From Candidatus Zixiibacteriota bacterium (lineage in GTDB: Bacteria > Zixibacteria > MSB-5A5 > GN15 > FEB-12): DNA of 64,000 nucleotides. The stretch lies in NCBI GenBank assembly GCA_028715215.1, contig JAQUSF010000002.1, forward strand, positions 15 to 64,014, written 5' to 3'. A program made the translations under genes and the position numbers. Under the pieces are notes generated by a model. It had not been told where the DNA came from, searched no databases, and saw only the letters and a list, made by a program, of their open reading frames with translations. Of this stretch, positions 9,565 through 18,866 are shown one piece after another; within the stretch, counting starts at the first letter, position 1; every line of letters begins with the position of its first letter.

Positions 9565-10869
9565 ATGCTCAGAAAATATTTTAAACTCGACGAACTGGGG
9601 ACGTCTTACAAACAGGAAATTATCGCCGGGGTGACTACTTTCGTGACCCTGGCTTATATAATTATTGTCAATCCCAAAATACTCCAAACCGCCGGTATGC
9701 CGTTTGAAGCCTCGATGGTGGCAACCATTCTGAGCGCTTTTTTCGGAACCCTGGTAATGGGTGTTTATGCCCGGCGCCCCTTTGCCATTGCCCCTTATAT
9801 GGGTGAGAACGCTTTTGTAGCCGTTACGGTTGTCAAGGTGCTGGGCTATAGCTGGCAGACCGCTCTGGGGGCTATTTTTATAAGCGGGGTCTTTTTTACC
9901 CTTATAACGGTCTTGAAAATCCGCAGCTGGCTGGCTGATGCCATCCCGAACGCTCTGAAAATAGGCTGCGCGGTCGGTATCGGGTTGTTTTTGACTTTTA
10001 TCGGGCTGAATGATATTGGTTTTATCACCCTGGGAAGCCCTGGTTGCCCGGTCCGGGTCGGCGATTTGAGCAGCACCCCGGTTCTTCTGGCTGTGTTTGG
10101 TTTCCTGTTTATCAGTTTTCTGATGATTAAAAAGGTTAATGGAGCTATGCTGGTCGGTATTCTGACCACTACGTTATTGGCTTTTCTTTTTGGAGTTGTT
10201 GATTTTCCGGATAAATGGCTCAGTCTGCCGCCCGATATCGGCCCCGTTTTTTTGCAGCTCGATATCCCGGGAGCCTTGAAGTGGGGCTTCTTTGCCGTTA
10301 TCCTGACGGTTCTGGTAGCGGATTTTATCGATACCCTGGGAACTCTTATGGGCGTGTCATATATTGCCGGTTTTCTGGATAAGGATGGTAATCTTCCGGA
10401 AATTGAAAAGCCGATGCTTGTCGATGCTCTCTCGACTATTGTCGGCTCTCTTTTAGGCACCACCACCGCCGGAACTTTTTTAGAGTCGGCGGCGGGTATC
10501 AAAGCCGGCGGCCGCTCCGGATTAACTTCAGTGGTGACAGCGCTGATGTTCCTGCTGGCTCTCTTTTTTGCCCCGTTTATCGCCGTCATACCGACATGCG
10601 CCTATGGACCGGCTTTAATTGTTGTGGGCATGTTGATGATGACGGTGATTACCGGGGTAAAATTCAGTGACCTGACCGAAACCGTACCGGTATTCGGAAT
10701 GATTGTCCTGATGTCATTCACCTACAACCTGGCGATGGGGTTGACGGCGGGATTTCTCTTATACCCGCTTATGAAAACCGTGGCTGGACGCTACAGAGAA
10801 ATCCCCGCGGGCTTATGGATAATTGGAGCTTTTTGCCTGCTGTTTTTCATTTTCTATCCCTATTCATAA
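9565..10869 (+). CDS. NCS2-family purine permease (AzgA/PurP/GhxP-like adenine/guanine/hypoxanthine transporter)
   Basis: The N-terminus FKLDELGTSYKQEIIAGVTTFVTLAYIIIVNP is characteristic of the AzgA-like NCS2 branch, and about 12 TM segments are present. Confidence 0.85.
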   Translation: MLRKYFKLDELGTSYKQEIIAGVTTFVTLAYIIIVNPKILQTAGMPFEASMVATILSAFFGTLVMGVYARRPFAIAPYMGENAFVAVTVVKVLGYSWQTALGAIFISGVFFTLITVLKIRSWLADAIPNALKIGCAVGIGLFLTFIGLNDIGFITLGSPGCPVRVGDLSSTPVLLAVFGFLFISFLMIKKVNGAMLVGILTTTLLAFLFGVVDFPDKWLSLPPDIGPVFLQLDIPGALKWGFFAVILTVLVADFIDTLGTLMGVSYIAGFLDKDGNLPEIEKPMLVDALSTIVGSLLGTTTAGTFLESAAGIKAGGRSGLTSVVTALMFLLALFFAPFIAVIPTCAYGPALIVVGMLMMTVITGVKFSDLTETVPVFGMIVLMSFTYNLAMGLTAGFLLYPLMKTVAGRYREIPAGLWIIGAFCLLFFIFYPYS

Positions 10870-10971
10870 TCTGAAACCATTTTCCCTTTGAAGGTTATAA
10901 TATTCTTATAAAACTTTTTGTATTAATGTTTTGCAAAAGAAGTAACAGCCTAAAGGAAATGGCATTGCGAC

Positions 10972-11000
10972 TTGACACCCGCCGTACTGATGGCTATTAT
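10972..11000 (+). promoter_or_regulatory. Sigma70-like promoter for the ABC/GldG operon
   Basis: TTGACA (10972-10977), a 17-nt spacer and TATTAT (10995-11000) lie about 70 nt upstream of ATG 11071. Confidence 0.5.
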
Positions 11001-11070
11001 TTAAACTTAATACGGAAACTTAAAAAATTTTTGGTAATTAATATAGATTCTTTCAAATGAGGTAGACTTT

Positions 11071-11832
11071 ATGGCACAAGAACAAGCCTTAGCCATGATC
11101 GAAACGAAGGACCTGTCCAAGTATTACGGTTCTTTTGTGGCCATTAAGGATATTTCTTTCTCCATACCCAGGGGGCAAATTGTCGCCTTTCTGGGTCCCA
11201 ACGGAGCCGGTAAAACCACCACCATGAAAATATTAAGTGGTTTTCTGGCTCCCAGCGAGGGAAAGGCAGCCATAGCGGGGCTTGATATCGCAACCCGGCG
11301 TCTGGAGGCGGCACGCAAGCTCGGGTATCTTCCTGAAAATGGTCCTCTGTATGACAACATGACACCGTTGGAACTTTTGAAGTTCTTCGGCGAAGCCCGC
11401 AAACTGGACAAGGCGTATCTTAACCAGCGTTTGGAAACGGTGGTTTCACAGTGTGCTATTCAGGAAGTCCTGGAAAAGCCTGTCAGCAAGCTTTCCCGCG
11501 GTTACCGGCAAAGAGTGGGTCTGGCTCAGGCGTTACTTCACGACCCCGAAGTATTGATAATGGATGAGCCAACCGCGGGTCTGGACCCCAATCAAATACG
11601 GGAATTCCGGACAAATATTGTTGAACTCAGCAGGAATAAAACCATCATGATATCGACTCACATTCTCCAGGAAGCGGAAGCCGTCGCCAACCGTATTCTG
11701 CTGATTCATGAGGGCCGGCTGGTTTTCGACGGCGGTCCCGATGAGCTCAAGCAGAACGGGACGATAGAGGATAAGTTTTACAGCCTGACCAATTACGGGC
11801 GTGTCATGCCGAAAGAGGAGGAACAGGTATGA
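11071..11832 (+). CDS. ABC transporter ATP-binding protein (GldA-like)
   Basis: It has Walker [10 protein letters not shown], the signature LSRGYRQR and Walker [12 protein letters not shown]. Its stop overlaps the start of the permease gene. Confidence 0.9.
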   Translation: MAQEQALAMIETKDLSKYYGSFVAIKDISFSIPRGQIVAFLGPNGAGKTTTMKILSGFLAPSEGKAAIAGLDIATRRLEAARKLGYLPENGPLYDNMTPLELLKFFGEARKLDKAYLNQRLETVVSQCAIQEVLEKPVSKLSRGYRQRVGLAQALLHDPEVLIMDEPTAGLDPNQIREFRTNIVELSRNKTIMISTHILQEAEAVANRILLIHEGRLVFDGGPDELKQNGTIEDKFYSLTNYGRVMPKEEEQV

Positions 11833-14501
11833 AGCTCGATAAGAAAATCATTCTGGCTATCTGTAAAAGGGACCTTCGTTCCTATTTCAGCAGCCCGACC
11901 GGCTATGTATTTATTACCCTGTTTATTTTTCTGAGTGCCGCGGCCGCTTTCTGGCAGGAACGTTTTTTTGCCAATAATCTGGCCAATCTCAGTCAGCTGA
12001 ATTTTTATTTTCCGTATATCCTGATGTTTTTCATACCCGCCCTGACGATGAATATCTGGGCGGACGAACGGAAACAGGGAACCGAGGAACTGCTGCTGAC
12101 CCTGCCCGTAACCGACCTTGAGGTCGTCCTGGGTAAATACCTGGCCGTACTGGGTATTTACACCGTGTCGGTCGTTCTTTCGCTCAGCCATGTACTGGTA
12201 TTGTTCTGGTTGGGCAATCCCGATATCGGTTTGATGTTCGGTAACTATCTGGGTTACTGGCTCCTGGGGGCGGCGCTTCTGTCGGTAGGCATGATAGCCT
12301 CGCTTTTGACCGCCAATGCTACTATTGGCTTTATTCTGGGGGCGGTGTTCTGTTCTTTTTTCGTTCTGGTTAATTCTTCCAGCTGGATGGTCAGCGAGAG
12401 CCTTCAAAATCTTTTGTCTCCCCTGGGGGTCTTTAACTTTTTTGACGATTTTGCCCGCGGTGTTGTCAGTTTCACCGGTCTTTTATATTTCATTTCGGTA
12501 ACGGCCGTCATGATATATTTGAATATCGTAGTTATCAGCCGTCGTCACTGGCCCTACCAGACCGATGGTTATAAAATCTGGATTCATCATTTGGTCCGGG
12601 CGGTAGCGGTGGTCGTGGCGGTTATCAGCCTTAATGTTATTTTCAATCAGGTCAATCTTCGTCTTGACACTACCGCCGAGCGTTTACATTCCCTGTCTCC
12701 GGAGACAAAGAAACTGATCGATACTGTCCCGGATAAAAAAGCGGTATTGATTCAAGCCTTCATAAGTCCGGAGGTCCCGCAGCAATATGTCGAGACCAGG
12801 GTGAATCTGCTTGGCGCCTTGAAGGAAATTGATGCTGTCGGCGGGCAAAAGGTCGAGGTGCTGATTCATGAAACCGAGCCGTTTACACCTGAGGCTCGAG
12901 ATGCCCGCGAGAAATTCGGTATTACTCCCGGCGAAGTATTAAATACGAGCAGTGCCCGGGCCAGTACCGAACCGGTTTTCCTCGGTGTGGCTTTTACCTG
13001 TGGAGCCCGGGAAGAAGTCATTCCTTTTTTCGACCGGGGTCTGCCGGTGGAATACGAACTGATGCGCTCGATAAGAGTAGTGGCTCAAACCGAACGGAAA
13101 AAAATTGGCGTTCTGAATACTCCTGCCAAGCTGTTCGGCGGTCTCGACTTTGCCACCATGTCCAACACTCCGGCCTGGTCGATTGTTGAGGAACTCAAAA
13201 AACAATACGAGGTAATTCAAATTTCCCCCAGGGAACCAATCACTGAACAACTCGATGGTCTGCTCGCGGTTATGCCTTCGGCTTTATCGCAGTCCGAGAT
13301 GGACAATCTCAAAGCTTACATTCTCAAAGGTAACCCGACCCTGATTCTTGATGACCCGTTGCCGATAAACCATGTCGAGTTGTCCCCGATATTGCCGAGT
13401 GATGTTCAGACCAATCCCTTTATGCGCAATCAGGGACCGCCGCCCGAGCCAAAAGGAAATATACAGGCTTTTATGAACAGCCTTGGTATCAACTGGATGG
13501 CTAACCAGGTGGTCTGGGATTCCTACAATCCGCATCCCAATATGGTCCAGGTACCGCCTGAAATCATCTTTATCGGTAAGGGTAGCGGCAGTTCCGAACC
13601 GTTCAATGAAATGAATATGGCCAGCGCCGGTCTTCAGGAGATGGTTCTTCTCTATCCCGGTTACATATTTAAAACCCCGGATCAAAATTTTTCTTTCCAG
13701 GCGCTTTTGAGGACAGGATATCTTTCCGGGGTATTGAACTGGGAAAATATCGTTCAGCGAAGTTTTTTCGGTTTATCTCTTAACCGAAATCCGCGGCGGG
13801 TTCCAACCAGCGAGTCATATGTTATTGCCGCCCAGGTCAAAGGTATGGCAGGTAATAAAGAGAGTGGGGCTTCATCAGAAGGTTCCCAATTTGTTAATGT
13901 CATTTTAATCGCCGATGTTGATTTTATCTCCGAACAATTTTTTGCTTTCAGGAGCCGGGGAATTGAAAATCTTAATTTTGACAATATTACCTTTTTCCTG
14001 AATGCCATGGATATTCTGGTGGGCGATGATTCCTTTGTTGAGTTACGTAAGAAACGTCTAAAACATCGCACTCTGGAAACGGTTGAAGCGCAAACCAAGG
14101 AATTCGTGGAGCGCCGTATTCAGGATGAAAAAGAAGCCGAGGAAGGTGCCCAGAAGGCATTATCCGAGGCTCAGCAGCGCCTGGATGAGAAGGTTGCCGC
14201 GGTGCGAAACCGCAGTGACTTGGACGAACAGACCAAAAGAATCATGACCAAGAACCTTCAGGAAGTGGAAAATCGTCGTTTTGAAGTTGCCAAGGCTAAT
14301 ATCGAAGCCCGGAAGGAGGCGACCATCGCCGCCAGCAAGGAAAATATGGAAGCGGCTTTAAAGGGAATTCAGGGTCGTATTAAATCTCTGGCGGTTTTAT
14401 TGCCGCCAATTCCGGTTTTTACTATTGGTGTGGTCATATTTTTCAGGCGGCGTCAAAGAGAACATGAGGGAGCCCTGGCGGCAAGAAGGTTAAGGAGTTA
14501 A
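11829..14501 (+). CDS. Fused ABC-2 permease / GldG-family auxiliary protein with a C-terminal coiled coil and TM anchor
   Basis: The N-terminal ~240 aa form a polytopic ABC-2-type permease. A large GldG-like extracytoplasmic domain follows, then an E/K-rich coiled coil and a terminal TM helix. The gene overlaps the ATPase gene by 4 nt. Confidence 0.75.
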   Translation: MKLDKKIILAICKRDLRSYFSSPTGYVFITLFIFLSAAAAFWQERFFANNLANLSQLNFYFPYILMFFIPALTMNIWADERKQGTEELLLTLPVTDLEVVLGKYLAVLGIYTVSVVLSLSHVLVLFWLGNPDIGLMFGNYLGYWLLGAALLSVGMIASLLTANATIGFILGAVFCSFFVLVNSSSWMVSESLQNLLSPLGVFNFFDDFARGVVSFTGLLYFISVTAVMIYLNIVVISRRHWPYQTDGYKIWIHHLVRAVAVVVAVISLNVIFNQVNLRLDTTAERLHSLSPETKKLIDTVPDKKAVLIQAFISPEVPQQYVETRVNLLGALKEIDAVGGQKVEVLIHETEPFTPEARDAREKFGITPGEVLNTSSARASTEPVFLGVAFTCGAREEVIPFFDRGLPVEYELMRSIRVVAQTERKKIGVLNTPAKLFGGLDFATMSNTPAWSIVEELKKQYEVIQISPREPITEQLDGLLAVMPSALSQSEMDNLKAYILKGNPTLILDDPLPINHVELSPILPSDVQTNPFMRNQGPPPEPKGNIQAFMNSLGINWMANQVVWDSYNPHPNMVQVPPEIIFIGKGSGSSEPFNEMNMASAGLQEMVLLYPGYIFKTPDQNFSFQALLRTGYLSGVLNWENIVQRSFFGLSLNRNPRRVPTSESYVIAAQVKGMAGNKESGASSEGSQFVNVILIADVDFISEQFFAFRSRGIENLNFDNITFFLNAMDILVGDDSFVELRKKRLKHRTLETVEAQTKEFVERRIQDEKEAEEGAQKALSEAQQRLDEKVAAVRNRSDLDEQTKRIMTKNLQEVENRRFEVAKANIEARKEATIAASKENMEAALKGIQGRIKSLAVLLPPIPVFTIGVVIFFRRRQREHEGALAARRLRS

Positions 14502-14504
14502 AAT

Positions 14505-15764
14505 ATGAGTGAGCAGAGAACAACTCTTGTTTATGTAGTGGTGGCGCTGGCTTTGGTGGTTCTGGCGTTTGTTTTTTCTCCGCGTAAAATAACCCCGGAT
14601 GCTTTTTTAGACCAGGGGGAGCAGTTTTTCCCGGCTTTTACCGATCCCAATGAGGCAGTATCTCTCGAAGTTGTAACGTATGATTCCGTAACGGGTTCCA
14701 CCTACCCATTTAAAGTGTCGTTTGAGAGTGGCCGGTGGGTGATACCATCGCATAATAACTACCCCGCCGATGCTCAGGACCGACTGGCGAAAACTGCTGC
14801 GGGCGTTATTGATATAAAAAAGGACGACTACCGGACGGATAATGTCGCCGACCATGAAATCTGCGGTGTCATCGACCCGCTGGATGAATCCGCCACCGCC
14901 CTATCCAGCCGCGGTAAACGAGTTACTATCAAAGGACAAAATGAAAAAATCCTGGCGGATTTAATAATCGGGAATAAGGTGCAGGGACGGGAAAACTTCC
15001 GCTTTGTTCGTGTTCCCGACCAGAAAAGAGTCTATGCCGTACGCATGGATGTTAATATCTCGTCCAATTTTGCCGACTGGATTGATACCGACCTTTTAAA
15101 AATCAATCAAAAAGAAATCGATAAGGTTGTTTTAAAGGATTATTCCATAGATGAACGTACGATGTCTATCGATTTGCGGGATAATCTTGAACTTACTTTA
15201 AAAGACAGTACTTGGACGGCGAATAATATGAAAAAAAGCGAAATGGTTGACAGCGTTATGATAGGCAAGTTTCTTTCAGCCCTTGATAATTTGAATATCG
15301 TCGGGGTGCTTCCCAAACCTGAGGGTCTGGCCAAAATACTGCAAGAACCTTCAGGGACGAATAGTATCACCATGCAGGACCAGATATCTCTTCAGGGAAA
15401 GGGTTTCTTTTTTACCCGGAGCGGTCAGCTGTATTCGAATGAAGGGGAACTTCAAGTTTACACTCAGAAGGGCGTGATTTATTACCTCCGTTTCGGTGAA
15501 GTTGTTTTTGGTTCCGGCCTGGCGGCCGGGGGTGGAGCCGATGATGGCAAGAGCAAGGATGAGACGGCGGAGAATCGCTACCTTTTCATAACCGCCGCTT
15601 TCGATGAGAAAAAAAATATCGATGATAAGGAAAAAGAAGAAGGCCGCCTGATTGTTAATGAAGCCAACAATCGCTTTGCCGACTGGTTTTATGTCATCCC
15701 CGCCGGAAGTTTCGAGAATCTCCGTCTGGGACGCCGGGACCTGGTGGTGCCTAAAGGCGCTTAA
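14505..15764 (+). CDS. DUF4340-like protein, the usual partner of GldG systems
   Basis: It has an N-terminal anchor (LVYVVVALALVVLAFVF) and sits directly after the GldG-type gene. The family assignment is from memory of this conserved neighbourhood. Confidence 0.65.
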   Translation: MSEQRTTLVYVVVALALVVLAFVFSPRKITPDAFLDQGEQFFPAFTDPNEAVSLEVVTYDSVTGSTYPFKVSFESGRWVIPSHNNYPADAQDRLAKTAAGVIDIKKDDYRTDNVADHEICGVIDPLDESATALSSRGKRVTIKGQNEKILADLIIGNKVQGRENFRFVRVPDQKRVYAVRMDVNISSNFADWIDTDLLKINQKEIDKVVLKDYSIDERTMSIDLRDNLELTLKDSTWTANNMKKSEMVDSVMIGKFLSALDNLNIVGVLPKPEGLAKILQEPSGTNSITMQDQISLQGKGFFFTRSGQLYSNEGELQVYTQKGVIYYLRFGEVVFGSGLAAGGGADDGKSKDETAENRYLFITAAFDEKKNIDDKEKEEGRLIVNEANNRFADWFYVIPAGSFENLRLGRRDLVVPKGA

Positions 15765-15787
15765 ACTGCTTTGTTAAGAATATCATG

Positions 15788-15828
15788 AACAGGCAGGTTG
15801 ACTTCTTTTACCTGCCTGTTTTATTTTA
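15788..15828 (+). terminator. Rho-independent terminator of the ABC/GldG/DUF4340 operon
   Basis: The 11-bp stem AACAGGCAGGT (15788-15798) / ACCTGCCTGTT (15810-15820) is followed by TTATTTT. Confidence 0.8.
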
Positions 15829-15918
15829 TCAGATTTAGAACGAGTTTTCCGATAGAATATAATAACCTTTTAAGAAATTATTATTTTTATAGTTAGGTTA
15901 GCCCTTCAGGATGCCGGC

Positions 15919-16611
15919 ATGAAAACATTTTTAAAAGTAATTGCTTTACTGTTACCGGGAATGTTTTTTGGATTTACCGCAACAGCTGTTGCCCAGACCG
16001 ATTCGGCCAGATTTATTCAGAATTTCTACAGTCATTCCGTCAGTGTTGTCACTCAGGATTCCATAGGGGGGGTCTGGATGGTTTTTATCGGGACAATTAC
16101 CCCGACGCTCCTGGAACCACAGATGATTTTAGATTACAATTATGTCGGCGATTCAACCCTGGTGCTGATTTATTCTTTTGATTCCAGTTATTTTACAACC
16201 GGTACTTTTATGATTTTTACCGGAGAAGGAATCCTGGATTCAGTCGAATCTTCGAACTACCATGGCGAGATGCTCATAACAACCTTTGAGGTCATAACCG
16301 GTATAGAAGATGATATTTCAGGCAACCTGCCTTCTCATTTCGAACTGTGGCAGAACTATCCTAATCCTTTTAACGGCGGCACCAATATAACTTTTTCACT
16401 GAAGGTTAATGCCTATATAACACTGGATGTTTTGGACGTAACCGGGCGTCTGGTGAGCAATTTATTTGAGGGTTATTTGAATGTCGGCGAGTATTCTTTT
16501 TACTGGGCAAACAATGCTGTTTCAGGAGATATCCAGCCTTCCGGAGTATATCTTTATCGTCTTCGAGGGGGCGACATGACCCTTACCCGCAAAATGCTGC
16601 TTCTTAAATAA
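15919..16611 (+). CDS. Secreted protein with a T9SS type-A C-terminal sorting domain
   Basis: It has a signal peptide. The C-terminus LWQNYPNPFNGGTNITFSL...SGVYLYRL...TRKMLLLK fits the Por/T9SS tail consensus. Confidence 0.8.
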   Translation: MKTFLKVIALLLPGMFFGFTATAVAQTDSARFIQNFYSHSVSVVTQDSIGGVWMVFIGTITPTLLEPQMILDYNYVGDSTLVLIYSFDSSYFTTGTFMIFTGEGILDSVESSNYHGEMLITTFEVITGIEDDISGNLPSHFELWQNYPNPFNGGTNITFSLKVNAYITLDVLDVTGRLVSNLFEGYLNVGEYSFYWANNAVSGDIQPSGVYLYRLRGGDMTLTRKMLLLK

Positions 16612-16633
16612 TAGTCTTTTAATTGTTTTTAGT

Positions 16634-16662
16634 TTGTCAGAACTGTCCCTGTCTTTTATTAT
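16634..16662 (+). promoter_or_regulatory. Sigma70-like promoter for the DAACS symporter gene
   Basis: TTGTCA (16634-16639), a 17-nt spacer and TATTAT (16657-16662) are present. The RBS AAGAGGTG precedes ATG 16699. Confidence 0.5.
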
Positions 16663-16698
16663 TCTTAGTATATTGTAGAGAATGAACAAAGAGGTGCA

Positions 16699-17943
16699 AT
16701 GAAAGGTAAGTCCGGTAATTATATTCTGGCCGGCATGATTGCCGGGGCGGTCCTGGGAGCGGTGGGAGGATATTTATGGGGTGATTTTTTTCTTTCCCTT
16801 GAATTTATCGGCACGATTTTCCTCAATGCTCTCAAGATGGTGGTTATTCCGTTGATTATTGCATCTATGATTGTAGGCGTTACTTCGCTTGGCGATGTTC
16901 GCAAGCTGGGCGGGATTACCTGGAAAACCATTTTATATTATCTGGTGACAACCAGCATATCGGTATTAATCGGTTTGATACTGGTTAATATAATCCGACC
17001 CGGCATTGGGGTTGGAAGTATCGGTTCTTTTATTCCTGAGATAGTTGCCGAGAGCGGAAAGAAAACACTTATTGACGTTCTGGTCGGGTTGATTCCGGCT
17101 AATATAATACAGGCCGCATCGGAAACGAATGTTCTGCCCCTGATTGTCTTTTCCTTGCTGTTTGGAGGAGTTCTGACCACTATTGGTGAAAAAGGGCGAC
17201 CGGTGATTGCTTTTTTCGAAGGTCTCAACGCGGCTATCATGAAACTGGTGATAATCATTTTATATTTTGCCCCGGTAGGAGTGTTGGCGTTGATTGGTTC
17301 GATTGTTGCGCAGAATCGGAGCTCGCTTGACCAGCTGGCGTCGGGAATGGGTTTTTACATCCTGACGGTTATTCTCGGTCTTTTTATTCACGGAGTGATT
17401 ATCCTGCCTATTATTTTGAAAATTTTCGGTAAAAAACATCCCGGTACCTATTTTATAAACATGGGCCAGGCGCTGGCGACCGCTTTTTCGACAGCTTCAT
17501 CATCGGCCACCTTGCCTTTAACCATGGAACTGGTAGTGGAGAAAAATAGGATAGACAACCGGGCGGCTTCTTTTGTACTGCCTCTGGGAGCGACAATAAA
17601 TATGGATGGTACAGCATTGTATGAAGCCGTAGCGGCACTGTTTATCGCTCAGATATACGGGGTGGAGCTGGGAGCGGGACAGCAGGTAATTGTTTTCCTG
17701 ACCGCCACCCTGGCCTCGATAGGGGCGGCGGGAATTCCTCACGCCGGAACCGTGACCATGGTATTCGTGCTTGCGGCCGTTGGTTTACCGCTTGAAGGTA
17801 TCGGTTTGATTTGGGCAATCGACTGGTTTTTAGACCGATGTCGTACTACGGTCAATGTCTGGGGCGATGCCGTTGGCGCCGCGGTGATAGCGGAAACGGC
17901 GGAATTGGACGGATTGGATGTTCAAAGGAGAACTTCTGCCTGA
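16699..17943 (+). CDS. Dicarboxylate/amino acid:cation symporter (DAACS, GltP/GltT-like)
   Basis: Family motifs SSSATLPLT and NMDGTALYEA are present in a polytopic protein. Confidence 0.9.
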   Translation: MKGKSGNYILAGMIAGAVLGAVGGYLWGDFFLSLEFIGTIFLNALKMVVIPLIIASMIVGVTSLGDVRKLGGITWKTILYYLVTTSISVLIGLILVNIIRPGIGVGSIGSFIPEIVAESGKKTLIDVLVGLIPANIIQAASETNVLPLIVFSLLFGGVLTTIGEKGRPVIAFFEGLNAAIMKLVIIILYFAPVGVLALIGSIVAQNRSSLDQLASGMGFYILTVILGLFIHGVIILPIILKIFGKKHPGTYFINMGQALATAFSTASSSATLPLTMELVVEKNRIDNRAASFVLPLGATINMDGTALYEAVAALFIAQIYGVELGAGQQVIVFLTATLASIGAAGIPHAGTVTMVFVLAAVGLPLEGIGLIWAIDWFLDRCRTTVNVWGDAVGAAVIAETAELDGLDVQRRTSA

Positions 17944-18423
17944 TTTCTTCCCGGCTGTCCGTATTTCGATAATGATAAAAAATAAAAACCAGATAAAGAC
18001 AAGACCAATCCTGAAATTTTCCGGCCAGTTTATGCCAAGCATAAAAAGGTAACAGTACAGAGTCAGACCAAAAAATATTTTAATCAAGCCTTCATTAAAG
18101 GAGGTTCTGATAAAGGCATATATACCGCTTAATATGTAAGTGAAAAGTAACGCTGGAACCAGGATCAGGTCCGTCCATTTGCCAAGGCTGATACCGGTCA
18201 GAGCCGACACCGGGAAAAAGCGACAGGGGATCTCGAAAATAAAACAGGCGTGAGCGACCATGAAAAACAGGGCGAGGATAAAATAAACGATTCCTTCATA
18301 GCCCTTTTGTCTTATATGTCTTAATCCCGCCGAAGTAAATGAAAAAGAAACAGCAACAAGCCCCGGCAGGAAAAGATAACTGCAATCCGAGTAAATTTTA
18401 TGAAAAGATAGTTCCATAATCAT
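17830..18423 (-). CDS. Hypothetical polytopic membrane protein
   Basis: Five or six hydrophobic helices are present, and GGAG lies upstream of the ATG cluster (18423/18417). The 3' tail overlaps the convergent symporter gene by 114 nt, so the C-terminus is uncertain. Confidence 0.45.
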   Translation of the reverse strand: MIMELSFHKIYSDCSYLFLPGLVAVSFSFTSAGLRHIRQKGYEGIVYFILALFFMVAHACFIFEIPCRFFPVSALTGISLGKWTDLILVPALLFTYILSGIYAFIRTSFNEGLIKIFFGLTLYCYLFMLGINWPENFRIGLVFIWFLFFIIIEIRTAGKKSGRSSPLNIQSVQFRRFRYHRGANGIAPDIDRSTTSV

Positions 18424-18584
18424 ATTCTCCAGGCTGTAATAGTGAAAGAGCCGTGCCGAATCTGATAATTAATTTTACTCTGTTATCAGGTAAGGGGATA
18501 CAAGAAATTTTCGTTGGCGGGTGATATCAGGATATCATTTATAACAACAAGTTAGTTGAAAAGAATTGCAGACTTTTAGCTTAA

Positions 18585-18625
18585 TAAAAAAAAGCTGTTT
18601 CAGTTTATAGAAACAGCTTTTTTTA
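18585..18625. terminator. Bidirectional rho-independent terminator, downstream of the M14 gene
   Basis: The stem AGCTGTTTC (18593-18601) / GAAACAGCT (18610-18618) is flanked by an A-run and a T-run. Confidence 0.8.
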
Positions 18626-18641
18626 TCAATTACATGCTATA

Positions 18642-18866
18642 TCAGGGACAGGGGGGCAGGTCCTTATGACTGAGATACAGATGGTCAATCAGGTAGGTTA
18701 TATCGGAGATATCCGGTTCACCTCCGGAAGCATCAACATCGGCTTCCTCGGGACAGCAAAGTTCATCATTGCTGATATATAAGAAATCAATCAACCGGGT
18801 GATATCGGAAATATCCGGTTCCTCGTTTTCAGAGCAGTCGGAGTTACCGGTCAGTTCGATACAGCA
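18642..18866 (-). repeat. Coding segment of the shared 74-aa Cys-rich dockerin-like CTD (copy 1, M14)
   Basis: [74 protein letters not shown], then stop. Confidence 0.9.

Noticed and set aside
9846-10589. A 247-aa minus-strand ORF lies inside the NCS2 permease gene. Similar long antisense or alternative-frame ORFs occur at 3875..4453, 11793..12407, 13284..13685, 22968..23549, 27890..28453, 35476..36030, 49496..50026, 49753..50298 and 54993..55538.
   Set aside because: Each lies entirely within a confidently assigned gene on the opposite strand or in another frame. Their translations are low-complexity and rich in Arg, Pro, Ser or Ile. No RBS or family resemblance was seen, so they are shadow ORFs.
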